A stretch of 63,977 bases of DNA, counting the filler, from Octopus bimaculoides (lineage: Eukaryota), in NCBI RefSeq assembly GCF_001194135.2. It is 4 parts of 4 records of this genome, joined end to end, with 100 filler letters (N's around TTAATTAATTAA, not from the genome) between each part and the next. Parts side by side here need not be neighbours in the genome. Positions count along the whole stretch, not along the records: positions 32,440 to 62,590 come from NC_068993.1; 3 more parts are not named here. One strand, given 5' to 3'. Positions 35,899 to 48,685 of this stretch are shown one piece after another; the first letter of the stretch is position 1; every line of letters begins with the position of its first letter. A program made the position numbers and the translations under genes. The notes under the pieces are model-generated. The model was given only the letters and a program-made list of their open reading frames with translations, was not told the DNA's origin and did not search any database.

Positions 35899-36299
35899 AT
35901 TTGTTGTTGTTGGCACTCTGTCACTTACGACGTCGAGGGTTCCAGTTGATCCGATCAACGGAACAGCCTGCTCGTGAAATTAACGTGCAAGTGGCTGAGC
36001 ACTCCACAGACACGTGTACCCTTAACGTAGTTCTCGGGGACATTCAGTGTGACACAGAGTGTGACAAGGCTTACCCTTTGAATTACAGGCACAACAGAAA
36101 CAGGAAGAAAGAGTGAGAGAAAGTTGTGGTGGAAGAGTACAGCAGGGTTCGCCACCATCCCCTGCCGGAGCCTCATGGAGCTTTAGGTGTTTTCGCTCAA
36201 TAAACCAATAAACACTCACAACGCCCGGTCTGGGAATCGAAACCGCGATCGTATGACCGCGAGTCCACTGCCCTAACCACTGGGCCATTGCGCTTCCAC
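35899..36299 (-). mobile_element. SINE family C, full length, inserted at the head of a SINE-A, with an 11-bp TSD
   Basis: Flanks are catacctgctc (35888-35898) and catgcctgctc (36300-36310). A box and B box (GGTTTCGATTCC) are intact, and there is a short (CAA)n tail. Confidence 0.93.
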
Positions 36300-36811
36300 C
36301 ATGCCTGCTCCTATATAAACCATAAAACAGTGAAGTGGTAAATCAGTCATTTTACTTAATATACTTAACAGATTACGTATGACCTCTTTCTTCATTAGAG
36401 TATGAAAAAAACATTTCATACTTATCATGTGTCATAGATTTTATTTGAGTGTGAGTGACATTAATTTTGTTCCTTGTAGTATCGAGTGATGTGTGTATTT
36501 ATTTAGTAAGTCTGCTTAATCATTTATTCATTAGCCAAGAAAGTCACTTATTTTATCTCTCTAACATTACATTCCTTTAATTTCTTGTAAAGTTCAGTCA
36601 ACACATAGCTGTAGTAGTTTCTTTTCTTTCCTTTTTTGTATTTTCTTTCTTTTTCTAAGTCAGGAATGTCAGTGTCTGTGATAGTCGATATCATCATCAT
36701 CATCATCACCATCAGCATAATGCCTATTTTTCTATGTTGGCATATATATATATATATATTCACTCGCACACACATGTTCGTATATGAATATACATATATA
36801 TATATCTATGT

Positions 36812-36848
<37 letters not shown>

Positions 36849-37090
36849 CATCCATGAGCGCACGTATCATCTGCCAGCCATGTTGACTATGCGGAACCTC
36901 ATAGGAGATTTCAGAATTTGTATCTGAAAAGCAATTTCTGAAATGGTAATGACATACCCCTCAACCTACAGCCACGCACACATAGATGCATGCATGCACA
37001 CACACACATTGTGATGTGCATGCATGTGTGTGTATGCACATATGTGTGTGTGTGTGTCAGCATATATTTATGTATGCATATATGTATGTG

Positions 37091-37149
<59 letters not shown>

Positions 37150-37154
<5 letters not shown>

Positions 37155-37560
37155 TAAGACACAGGCATGACTGTGTAGTAAGAAGCTTGCTTCCCAACCA
37201 AATGGTTCAGGGTTCAATCCCACTGTATGGCATCTTGGGCAAGTGTCTTCTACTAATAACCTCAGGCTGACCAAAGCCTTGTGAGTGGATTTGGTAGACG
37301 GAAACTGAAAGAAGCTCGTCGTGTGTGTGTGTGTGTGCATGTTTTCGTGTCTGTGTTTATCCCCCATCACTGCTTGACAACTGGTGTTGGTGTATTTATG
37401 TCACCATAACTTAACAGTTTGGCAAAAGTGACTGATACAGTAAGTAAGCAGACTTTAAAAAAAAATTAGTACTGAGGTTAATACATTCAACAAAGGTTTC
37501 AAGGCAGTGCCCCGGTATGGCCGCAGTCAAATGACTGAAACAAGCAACAGATAAAAGAAA
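37150..37560 (+). mobile_element. SINE family A, full length
   Basis: Head, internal (GT)n, body and tail are all present. Confidence 0.9.
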
Positions 37561-38946
37561 TCTATCCAGAGTAAGATAGTTTTACTTGCTAGTTATTTGT
37601 CTTTGCTGTTTTTTCTCTTATGATGGGTTTTTCTTTTTTTTTTTATGGTATTGAATTGATTGTATAGATAAGCAACGTGACAAATTTTGACGGTATTACA
37701 TTCAATAGGTTTCCGTGTCATTGACATTGAGCTTTTTCCAGAAATGGTTATATATGTGCGCATGCACATGTGTTTGTGTGTGTGTGTGGTGGTGCTGTAT
37801 GATTACACTGAGACAGCAAAGATGAAGCAATCACAACGTATATACGTGTGTGTGTGTGTGTGTGTGTGTGTGTTGGTTCAAATTTACAGAAAACAAAAGA
37901 CGAAGACAGGTGAGGGAATAAGCAGAAATATTAGTTTGACACTTGGGAAGAATGAATACGTCTTTGACTCTTTGACGTGTCAAGTGTATGCTCTTAGTCA
38001 GAAAGGATTAAGAGGGGTGGGGGAATGGAGAGAGAATGAAAAAAAGAAAAAACAGAAATGCATGTATGTATTTGTATGAAGAGCATCCAGCCAGAGAAAC
38101 TGTGCCAAAGCAGATGGAGCTTAGCCCAGTCTTCTGTCATTCCAGCTCTCCTCAAATCATTCAACCGTTGCCAGCTTGGCCAGCACACATTAAATGGTGA
38201 TAATGTCTATATTTATATATGTTGTGTGATAATGTCTATATTTATAATGTCTATATTTATATATGTTGTGTGTGTGTGATCATTATCATTTAACATGTTT
38301 TCCATACTGACATGAGTTGGGCAGTTTCATAAGGGCTGGTAAGGCCTCACCAGACTCCAGTTGTCTGTTTTGACATGGTTTCTACAGCTTGATGCCCTTC
38401 CTGACAACAATACAGTGTTCTGGGTGCTTTTAACATGGCACCAGCACCAGTTTCAATTCTGCTATGATGGACGGGTTTTCTTGAGTACCGCAAGGCCCCA
38501 GTTATCTTGCTTCTATATCATCCCCTTTGTAAGGGTCAGGGTGTTGAGATTGGCCATCAATACTTCATTCCATGTCTTCCTGGGTCTCCTTCTTCCACAA
38601 GTTTCATCCACATTAAGTAATCAGCATTTCTGTGTGTGTGTGTGTGTGTGTGTTTGTAAAACTATGAGACAGAAACTCTAGGCAATGTTTTACTGGGAAA
38701 CACAGGAGGAAATGAATTCATGCATGGAGCTTTAATTAATCTTGCCTTTTTACTTTCCTGTTGTTTAAGAACCCTCACAACTGTTTTCAATTGAATCATG
38801 GATCATGTGATGACCATTTACAACGAAACCAATGATTAACCTATCACACACATGTTGGTTCCTTTGTTAAAGTTTGGTAGCTTGACACCTGACATGTGGT
38901 ACACTTTGCCCCTACATTTGTTCACGATAAACAAATCATTGTGCAG

Positions 38947-38985
38947 ATCGCTGGGCAAAAGCTGAATGCTCATACATCGTCAAGG
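38947..38985 (+). CDS. Candidate 39-nt symmetric micro-exon
   Basis: Acceptor cattgtgcag|, donor AGG|gtaaga, length divisible by 3. Open as (D)RWAKAECSYIVK(G) in phase 1 or IAGQKLNAHTSSR in phase 0. Confidence 0.22.
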
Positions 38986-39419
38986 GTAAGAAGAGAAGTC
39001 AGTCATTATCGTCACTACTACTGCTGCTGCTGCTGCTGCTGCTAGTTAAACATTCATGTTTCAGTAAAGATCGTTTTACAGCATCACAGCTATGAAGTCA
39101 TAAGGTTCTTGACTATCTCGTTAGTATTCAAAATTAAAATGAAATATATAAACGTCCTACTCATTAGAATTATAGTCACGAAAAGATTAAAGAAAGTGTT
39201 TTCATTTATTTAAATAGACATCACATTACAGTTTGCAAGAAAAGAAAAAAAAGAAATTAAACTAATAACAACCCAATATAAGAAAAAATAAAATAAAATG
39301 AAATCTTTGGGGCTTTATCACTGTCTGTGGTTAACAATAGAGTTTGTGCTGTACTGGTTTGATCTTTAGCCCCTTTCTGTCTCGGGGAGTTGTGTACATA
39401 TACTTCTTGGCGCCTTGAA

Positions 39420-39461
<42 letters not shown>

Positions 39462-40389
39462 ATCTATTCATAGATATGTAGATGTTTATTTTGAGTTACA
39501 TGCTAATTTATGAATCTAGATGAGTTTGGATGTATACATAAATACATGCACACACATATATATATATAAAGGGAGAAAGAGACAGACAGACAGGCAGAGA
39601 TCCATCAACAGTTTGATAGTTATACATACATGTGTGTGTGTGTGTGTATAAATATATATATATAAACATGTATGTACATACATACTCTCAAGTAAGCACA
39701 TAGATGCAAAAATAAGGTGGAAAAAATAGTACTGCAAGAAGCCTGTCATATATACATGTGTCTGGGTGATACATACATATATATGTATGTATGTATGTGC
39801 ATATATATATATATNNNNNNNNNNNNNNNNNNNNNNNNNNNNNNNNNNNNNNNNNNNNNNNNNNNNNNNNNNNNNNNNNNNNNNNNNNNNNNNNNNNNNN
39901 NNNNNNNNNNNNNNNNNNNNNNNNNNNNNNNNNNNNNNNNNNNNNNNNNNNNNNNNNNNNNNNNNNNNNNNNNNNNNNNNNNNNNNNNNNNNNNNNNNNN
40001 NNNNNNNNNNNNNNNNNNNNNNNNNNNNNNNNNNNNNNNNNNNNNNNNNNNNNNNNNNNNNNNNNNNNNNNNNNNNNNNNNNNNNNNNNNNNNNNNNGTT
40101 TTTTACAAAGAAGTACAAAATGAAGAAAATAATATATAAAAAAAAATAATATATAAAAAAATAAATATACCAATACATTATATTGTCTTTGAGCTTTTGA
40201 AGTTCAATGGTAACCCATGTATATAATGGTTGGAAAAATAAGGATGCATGAGAATAAAGAGTTGTGTTAGGTTTAAAAAAAGGGTTAAAGTTTGTGTTAA
40301 GTAGGAAGTGTGGTGTCAAAACAGGAAGTGTGTGTAAGGGGAGACAAATGTTTTTAGTTGGAGTTATGAACTCTTTTTCAACATAAACT

Positions 40390-41065
40390 TCCTGTGTGGT
40401 AAGAAGTATGCTTCACATTTATGAATCCGGGTTCAGTCTCATTGCGTGGCACCTTGGGTAAGTATCTTCTATAGCCTCGGGCCAATCAAACCCTTGTGGG
40501 TAAATTTGGTAGGTAGAAACTGTAAGAAGTCCATCATGTATGTGTGTGTGTGATTAGAGCGTCAGGCTCGCAATTATGAGGTAGTGAGTTTGATTCTCGG
40601 CCCTGGCTGTGTGTGTTGTATTCTTGAGCAAGGTACTTTATTTCACGTGGCTCCAGTTCGCTCAACTGTAGAAATGAGCTGCGACGTCACTGGTGCCAAG
40701 CTGTATCAGTCTTTACCTTTCCTTTGGATAGCATTGGTGGTGTGGAGAGGGCAGACTGGTATGAATGGGTGATTGCTGGTCTTCCATAAAAACAACCTTG
40801 CCTGGACTTGTGCCTCAGAGGGGAACTTTCTAAGAGCAACCTCATGTTCATTACCCTTTTATATATATATAGATATACATGTGTGTGTGTGTGTCTGTAT
40901 TTGTCCTCCACCACTGCTTGAGAACTGGTGTTTGTGTGTAACTTAATGGTTCAGCAAAAGAAATCGATAGAATAAATACCAGGTTACATACTGGGATTGA
41001 GTTATTTGATTAAAATTCTACAAGTTAGTAACTCCAGCATGGCCACAGTCAGATGACTGTAAGAG
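40390..41065 (+). mobile_element. SINE-A interrupted at its internal microsatellite by a SINE-D (about 40550-40855)
   Basis: The A head and core end at tgtatgtgtgtgtg, a D copy follows, and the A body and tail resume after atacatgtgtgtg. Confidence 0.85.
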
Positions 41066-41712
41066 ATAAAGGAGGAAAGAGTTATATTCACTGTGGCTGA
41101 CCTCATCGTAGCAGAGACCTAATCATCCAGAACAACTTGTTGCCATTAACTGCTTTCTAAATTTGAATTCCGTTAGTGCATATAGCGATTCTCAAAATCT
41201 ATGAACACTTCAAAAAATGTTTCTTCATGCACGAGTGGTGCTGTGATCAAAACAAATGCAAAAAAAAAAAAAGAAGAAAGAAAGAAACAATAAAGATTTT
41301 ACAGAATCCGAAACCAAAATTGTCAACATGAAAATTCCTCACATCTGTTCCTAAGTTCAGTGTCAGTTTGGAGTTGTGTGTGTGTGGGAGGGGGAATCGC
41401 ATTAACTCAGCCGGATCTAATGCTACCTGAGTCATTTCATTAATGAGCACTTTGGGATGTGATGTCCCCTGATAAACCTGTCAACTTAGCAATTGATAAG
41501 CTGTCCTCATGCACATGTAGAGTACTAGGTGTATCTGTGTGTGTGTGTCTATGTTGCATAGTTTATACACATACATAGGCATACACACCACACACATATT
41601 CATTTACATACATGCATACATACGTACATACACATATATATATATATATATAACATGCTGTTATTGAACAGTGAGAACGAGTACTCAACACTACATTGGT
41701 ACTAATATAAAG

Positions 41713-41764
<52 letters not shown>

Positions 41765-41769
41765 GCATG

Positions 41770-43926
41770 CATGGCTATGTGGGAAGAAGTTTGCTTTGCA
41801 ACCACGTGGTTCCGGGTTCAGCCCCACTGTGTGCCACATCAAGCAAATGAATTCTACTGTACCCTTAGGTTGACCAAAGACTTGTGAGTGGATTTGGTAG
41901 ACGGAAACTGAAAGGAGAAGTTTGTTATGTATTTATGTGTGTCTGTGTCTGTCCTCGGCCACCACTTGGCAACTGCTGTTGGTGTGTTTATGTCCCCCAC
42001 TACTTAGTGATTTGGCAAAAAGAGATCGATGGAATAAGTACCAGGCCTTAAAAAAAGCAAAGAGTGCTGGGGTCAGTTCATTCTGTTTGATGACTGAAAT
42101 AAGTGTGAAAAAAATCAAAACAAAAGACATGCAAACCACATAAAGGCAGACGAAATGCCACCAAACGTTTTTCCTGGCATGCTAACAATTCTGTTAGCTC
42201 ACCAATAATATATGTAACTCCTACAAAATGTGTTAACTGCTTTTTTTCTCTTGTTTAGTCTCTCACTTGTGTGTTTATGTGTGTGTGTGTGTGTGTGTGT
42301 GTGTTGGCACTAGCTGGATAAAGGCACACACACACTCTCCACCCAAGCTTATTGCAAAGGACACTTGCCTGAGTCTGCTTGCAGTGGAAGCAAGCCAGGA
42401 ACCATGTGGCTGCGAAACATTTTTATTAATCACACAGCCATGCCTGTACTTTCACGGGTATACCCTTACCCCACAAAGCTGTCATATACCCCCCACCCTG
42501 CTGTTATGCCGTACCCATACAGTCGTATGTGTGTGTACCCTCACACTGTCACGTCTCCAATCGCACACACAGTCGGGCTTCTAAGACCCACATACACACA
42601 CTGACAGTTATGTCTGTTTCATATACTGGTGTATAAGTATGTATGTATGTATATTTAGAATACATGTGTATATAAATAAAAGATTATGCATTTATAAGAG
42701 GCACTTGTAGAGCATAAAACACATCATGTCATCATATGTACATGTACACATGGCTGTATGTAAACTTATATATATGTATACGTATATGTGTGTGTGTATA
42801 TGTGTGTGTGTAAGAGAAGGGGCAGCAGACAGTGTCTCTCTGTGCATATAGATTTGCTTATTAGTGTGTATACATCAGTGTATGTTTATAATCATATGTG
42901 TATAGAAATGTATGTATACATGTTAGAATAAGTACTAGGCTTACAAAGAATAAGTCCTGGGGGTGGGGGGTGGGGGGGTTGATCTGTTCAACTAAAAGCG
43001 GTGCTCCATCATGGCCGCAGTCGATTGACTGAAACAAGTAAAAGAATAAAAGAACGTACACACATGCAGACACTCAATATATGAATATCTAGAGATACAT
43101 TTTTTTCTTTGTGCGCATGTAAATGTTTGTGTGTTTGTACGTGTGTGTTCATTTGTACATGTGTGTTCATGTGTGTACATGTGTGTATGTGAGTACAGGT
43201 TGTTATCTTAACACTCATCAGAAAGTGTTCAGCAAACAAACTAGTCTGTGTAATATGCTACAGTCAGGTTCCCGCTTATCTCTAGTGTAGATGGTATCAT
43301 TCCTGATTAATTGGTACACTGTTAGTGCAGCAAAGGCAGAATGCCGTTAGACTCCAGCCAAACCAGATCAGACCACACCACCTCATTGTTCGTCTCTGAG
43401 TTAGGCTTAACCCCCTGTTCCACTTCCATTTTCCATTATGGATCTCATTTTATCTTTAATATTTTATTTTATCGTTTTTTTAGTCATTTGACTGCAGCCA
43501 TGCTGGAGCACTGCCTCAAAGAATTTTAGCCAAATGAATCAAACCCAATACATAAGGTTTTTTGTTGTTTTGTTTTGTTTTGTTTTGTTTTGTTTTGGTT
43601 TTAAAGCCTGGTACTTATTCTATTGGTATCTATTGCCAAACTACTAAGTTAGAAGGATATAAACACACCAACACCAGTTGTGAAGTGGTGGGGCCAGAGA
43701 CAAATACATGCGCACACACACACACACACACACACATATGTATATATATATATATACACACGATGAGCTTCTTTCAATTTCCTTCTACCAAATTCGCTCA
43801 CAAGGCTTTGTTCAGCCTGGGGCTATAGTAAAAGACACTTGCCCGAAGTACTACATAGTAGGATTGAACCTGGAACCTTATGGTTGGGAAGCAAACTTCT
43901 TACCATACAGCTCAAGACGGAGAGAC

Positions 43927-43978
<52 letters not shown>

Positions 43979-44160
43979 GTCTGTGTTTGACCCCACCACT
44001 ACTCGACAGCCAGTGTTGGTGTGTGTATGTCTCTGTAACTTAGTGGTTTGACAAACGAGACCGATAGAATAATTACTAGGGTCAATTCATTCAGTTAAAA
44101 TTCTTCAAGGTGGTGCACCAGCATGGCCACAGTCTAATAACTGAAAGAAGCAAAAAGTAA
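41770..44160. mobile_element. Cluster of SINE-A copies in both orientations (about 41770-42100 +, 42350-42440, 42890-43050 +, 43480-43900 -, 43960-44160 +) among microsatellites
   Basis: Recurrent family-A core and tail motifs. Confidence 0.85.
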
Positions 44161-44564
44161 AAAAGTAATGTAATTTGTACCTGCTCATGCACACCCAAAC
44201 ACAAACGATGTGTTGGAGCAGGTGTGTGGTCTGCTGAATTGTAGGCCAACCGTGGGATAAAATACAATACTAAAACAGACCGTCAGGATTTAAAGTTGGT
44301 CATTAATCAACAAAATTAATTAATGCTCTGTGTGTTTCCATCTGTGCCAATTTTACAGACTGGATAATAAGATCACAGTAAATTGTAACAAGATAATAGT
44401 AATAATAATGGTTAGAAATTTTGGCACTAAGCCTGTAATATTTTGGAAGTAGACGGTGGGGTATATGTTTTATGATTTCAGTTTGAATGTTTTTGAAGTA
44501 ACCAAGGACTGAAGTTAAACAAAGTTTCATATTATATATTTGAGAAGTTTCATATTATATATCT

Positions 44565-44727
44565 AGTGGCTGTGTGGTAAGTAGCTTCCTTACCAACCAC
44601 ATGGCTCCGGTTTCATTCCCATTGCATGGCACCTTGGGCAAGTGTCTTCTACTATAGCCTCGGACCAACCAAAGCCTTGTGAGTGGATTTGGTAGACGGA
44701 AACTGAAAGAAGCCCATCGTATATATG

Positions 44728-44786
<59 letters not shown>

Positions 44787-45270
44787 CTGTCCCCCCAACG
44801 TCGCTTGATGTTGGGGGGACATTTGAACTCAGAACGTAACGGCAGATGAAATACCGCTAAGCATTTCAGTTTCTCTCTACCAAATCCACTCAAGGCTTTG
44901 GTCGGCCCAAAGCTATAATAGAAAACATTTGCCCAAGGTGCCACACTGTGGGACTGAACCCGAAACCAGGTGGTTGGGAAGCAAGCTTCTTTGATGATTA
45001 ATGAAGACAATGACCAAAGACTATAAGAAATGGTAAAACTCATTACCAGAGAGGATCCCAATAAAAAATACATGACCACTACTTGACAACTGGTGTTGAT
45101 GTGTTTACGTCCCTGTAACTTAGCAGTTCAGCAAAAGAGAACGGTAGAATAAGTACCCGGCTTTAAAAAAAAGTACTGGGTTTGATTAATTGAACTAAAT
45201 TTCTTCAAGGCAGTGCCCCAGCATGGCCACCTGTAATGCCTAAAGGAAGTAAAAGAATGAAAGAATATAT
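44565..45270. mobile_element. Rearranged SINE cluster: A(+), fold-back, B fragment(-), A(-), A tail(+)
   Basis: Family motifs switch strand at 44808-44870. See the corresponding finding. Confidence 0.85.
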
Positions 45271-46459
45271 CAATAATGATGACAAAGATGATGATGATGA
45301 TGATAGTGGCAGCATACACATGCACACACAAATTTGTGTATATCTACCTGTATGAATATCTGTATGTATGTATGTGTGTGTGTGTGTGTACTTAATGAAG
45401 ATTAAGAGAGAAATGGTGAACAGACATTTTTTTTATTTTTTGCACTTGTTTTTCTGTGCGCTTGCACTTCAGTTGAACATACTAACACATATATACATAC
45501 ACATTATATATACATATTTAAATACATGCCCACATTATTATACATACTTAAGTTAATTACGTACGCACCTACATAATCACACATAAATATATGCATGCAA
45601 AAAATAGACACATTCAATCACACATATATACACAATTCACACACACATATATACATATATATATACATACACACACACATATATATACATATATAAACAC
45701 AGATGCCTACATAGTAACATTAATTGCACAGGGATACTAGTGCAACCCATTTGGTGCATCAGTTTCTCTTTGGTTTATAGCAGTGCAGTGCCTTTGCCAA
45801 GTTTAGCTCAATTTTTATATTGTTTGGCAAATGAGACACATTGATTGATTTTACACAACAAAAATACATGTGTATGTGGTTTGTATTGTTTTACACAGTG
45901 TTCTGTTTCATTTGAATTGTCGTCACCTTTTGTCTAGTGGTGGTGGTGGCGGTGGTAGGGTACCATTTTGGTATGAATTGTTGATGTTGTTTTTATGTTC
46001 ATGAGCCTGTTTGTGTTACTTCCCCATCCCCACTAACTTGTCTTTTTTAGTATTTTTTGGTGTGGGGGGGGGGTTGTGTTTTTCAATATTTAATTCCTGC
46101 CTGAAGTAAAAAGTTTGTTGATTGCCAAAATTATATAATTAAACACAAACACACATACACTAATGAAAAATATACAACAAAGTCCCAACCAACACAATAA
46201 CTTACTGAATGGGATAATGATGTTGTTTAACTCTAGGCTAGGTCTGATCAAGCAAGCCTATGATCAAAGACGATCTAGCCTTGGACAGGATGCTCATATC
46301 CAGATTACTTACACATAGTGCATGTATATATATATGTATGTGTGTAAATATGTACATATGTGTATGCATGTATGCATATATGCGTATATACTTAAATATG
46401 TATATGTATGCATGTGTGTATATAAATATGTGTAGGTATGTTTGTATGTTTATCAAAAA

Positions 46460-46585
46460 TCAACCCCAAAAGGATGAAACGCAAAGTCGACCTTGGCAGA
46501 ATTTGAACTCAGAATGTAACGGTAGACGAAATACCGCTAAGCATTTTGCCCGGCGTGCTAATGTTTCTGCCAGCTCGCCGCCTTA
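46460..46585 (-). mobile_element. SINE-B 5' half, little diverged
   Basis: aaagtcgaccttggcagaatttgaactcagaatgtaacggtagacgaaataccgctaagcattttgcccggcgtgctaa..ctgccagctcgccgcc. Confidence 0.9.
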
Positions 46586-47296
46586 CTAATACTATTTCTG
46601 CTGTGGTTTCTGCTACTATTGAGTGATTGCCATTAGAAGTGGTTGTCCATTTATGAGAATTCCTGAAATAAATTTCAAATCCTGTAAATTACTAGGAAGA
46701 ACTAAACGAGTTAGGTATTTGCAAGTGGAAAAAAGAAAGTTATGCAGCAGTTAATGCCAAGGCATAATAAACATGGTGATGGAGTTTAGCAAACAGTTTG
46801 ACCTAGAGCCTGAAGAGAATAGTCAAATCAGTAAGTATACTAATATAGTTTATTGGTTGAAGAAGAAAAGGAGGAGAAGAGGAAGTCTGAAGAAGGAGAA
46901 AAGGAAAGGCTGGAGAAGAAGAAAGAAGAAAGTAGCTTGTCCAAGGAAACTGGCTAGTGTTGGTCTGCTTCAGCAAAAATTGAACATTGAAGCTTATAAA
47001 TTTGGATCAGTTCGTTATGAGGTAGAAGAAAAAGAATCTGACATTTTGTAACTTGTCTTAATTTTTTTTTTTTTTTTTGCAACTCTTGAAAATATTTTTA
47101 TTATTATTTTTTAAATTTTATTTATTATTATTTTTGTTTTTTTTGCAATCTCTCAGACAAAGGAAGACCCCCCCCCCACTTCACCTCAAAAAAATGTTCA
47201 GAAAAATGTTTCCTTTTCTCTCTCTCTCAAATAAAATAACAGCCCTACTGCTCCCCCACTTCCTTTCTCTCTCCCTATCTCTCTCTCTCTCTCTCT

Positions 47297-47340
<44 letters not shown>

Positions 47341-48252
47341 TCTGTGTACTTGTGCATGTGATGTACATATTTTACAACCTGTGTGCAAAAATGTTCCAGT
47401 ACTTAATCATCATCATCATCACTATTTTAAGCATTCACATTCCCATGCTGTTGAGGCAAGCTTTCTATAACCAGATGCCTTTCCTGCCACCAACCTTCAC
47501 CTGTTTCCAAATAAGATAATATTTCCCTGTGACCAGACTCAGTCTCACAGACTATTAGAAATGACCAACACTGCTTTTATGACAGTGACACTTGTTTACA
47601 ACTATCATGCAATGTCAAGACAAGGAGACAAGCATGAAGACAACTACACAAGTAAATAATTACTTCACTATGTTCTGAGTTCAAATTCCACCGAGGTCGA
47701 CTTTGCCCTTCATCTTATCAGAGTTGATAAAATAAGCACTAATAAAACACCCCAGATGTAATCGACTTGTCCCCTCCCCAAAAATTTCAGGCCTTGTGCC
47801 TTTAGTAGAAAGGGTTATAACTGAACATAAAACAAACATTCATGTGAGTGTGTGTGCGTGTCATGGTGTTTTTTCGCCACCACCACCAACACCACTGACA
47901 CTTGACAACGAGTGTTGATTTGTTTATGCTCCCGTAACTTAGTGGTTTGGCAAAAGAATCTGATAGAATATGCAGCAGGCTCGAAAATAAGTACTGGAGT
48001 CGATTAATTTGATTGAAACCTTTGAGGCTGTGCTCCAGTATGGCTGTTGTCCAATGACTGTAAAAGATCATATAAGTAAAAGATAAAAGATTATTTTCAA
48101 AAATCAATCGGAAACAAACAATTTATTTCAACAGAAATATGGTAAAGAAAATGTGGAAAATTAGAAGGAACTTTTTTTTTTTTTTTTTTTGCCCATGTCC
48201 AAAATAACAAATTCCTCTCATCTTTATGGCATACAAACTTCTCCAAACTCAC

Positions 48253-48369
48253 CAATTTTGATTGCATAATCCTATTTACTTCCTCCACTAAGTGGTTAGC
48301 AAACAAGTCAGAAGTTTTCAAATGTGTGATATTTGCAGTTGTTTTGATATTTGCGTTTGATGCATGCAT
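48253..48369 (-). CDS. Weak candidate coding exon (39 codons from ATG to a GTGAGT donor)
   Basis: MHASNANIKTTANITHLKTSDLFANHLVEEVNRIMQSKL|gtgagt. No convincing acceptor, and an in-frame TGA lies upstream. Confidence 0.15.
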
Positions 48370-48489
48370 TGCGTCAGAGTTGTTGGCACGCTGCCCATCT
48401 CAGCATCTTTCTTGGCTGCGTTCAGTAGTATCCGCTGCAACAACAGTGGACCCTTGAGTCAATGAGGGATGCTGCATGTGCAGTCTCAC

Positions 48490-48685
48490 AATCTGCTAGA
48501 AATGGCTGTCGAATCTGTCTCAAATGACTCCTTACTGGTTTTAATGAAGAAGGTTGTATATATGGGATATGTATCTTCATTTAAAATACATGTTGTAGTC
48601 TCTGTTAGGAAAGAAAGGACAGGATGGTCACATCTGGAACAACTTTGATCATAGGTCTGCTCAGATGAGACTAAACAGCAACCCA
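48490..48685. mobile_element. Dispersed repeat family F (also about 22490-22655, 26720-26880, 29425-29610, 53350-53560, 58070-58285, 58640-58810)
   Basis: Shared motifs (g)ctagaaa(t/c)agcagccaaat and tgatcataggtctgctc, seen on either strand. Confidence 0.7.

Noticed and set aside
46773-47051. 92-aa ORF with a GTAAGT donor at 46831 and a basic K/R tract
   Set aside because: The basic tract is GAA/AAG low complexity, there is no credible acceptor, and I recognise no homology.
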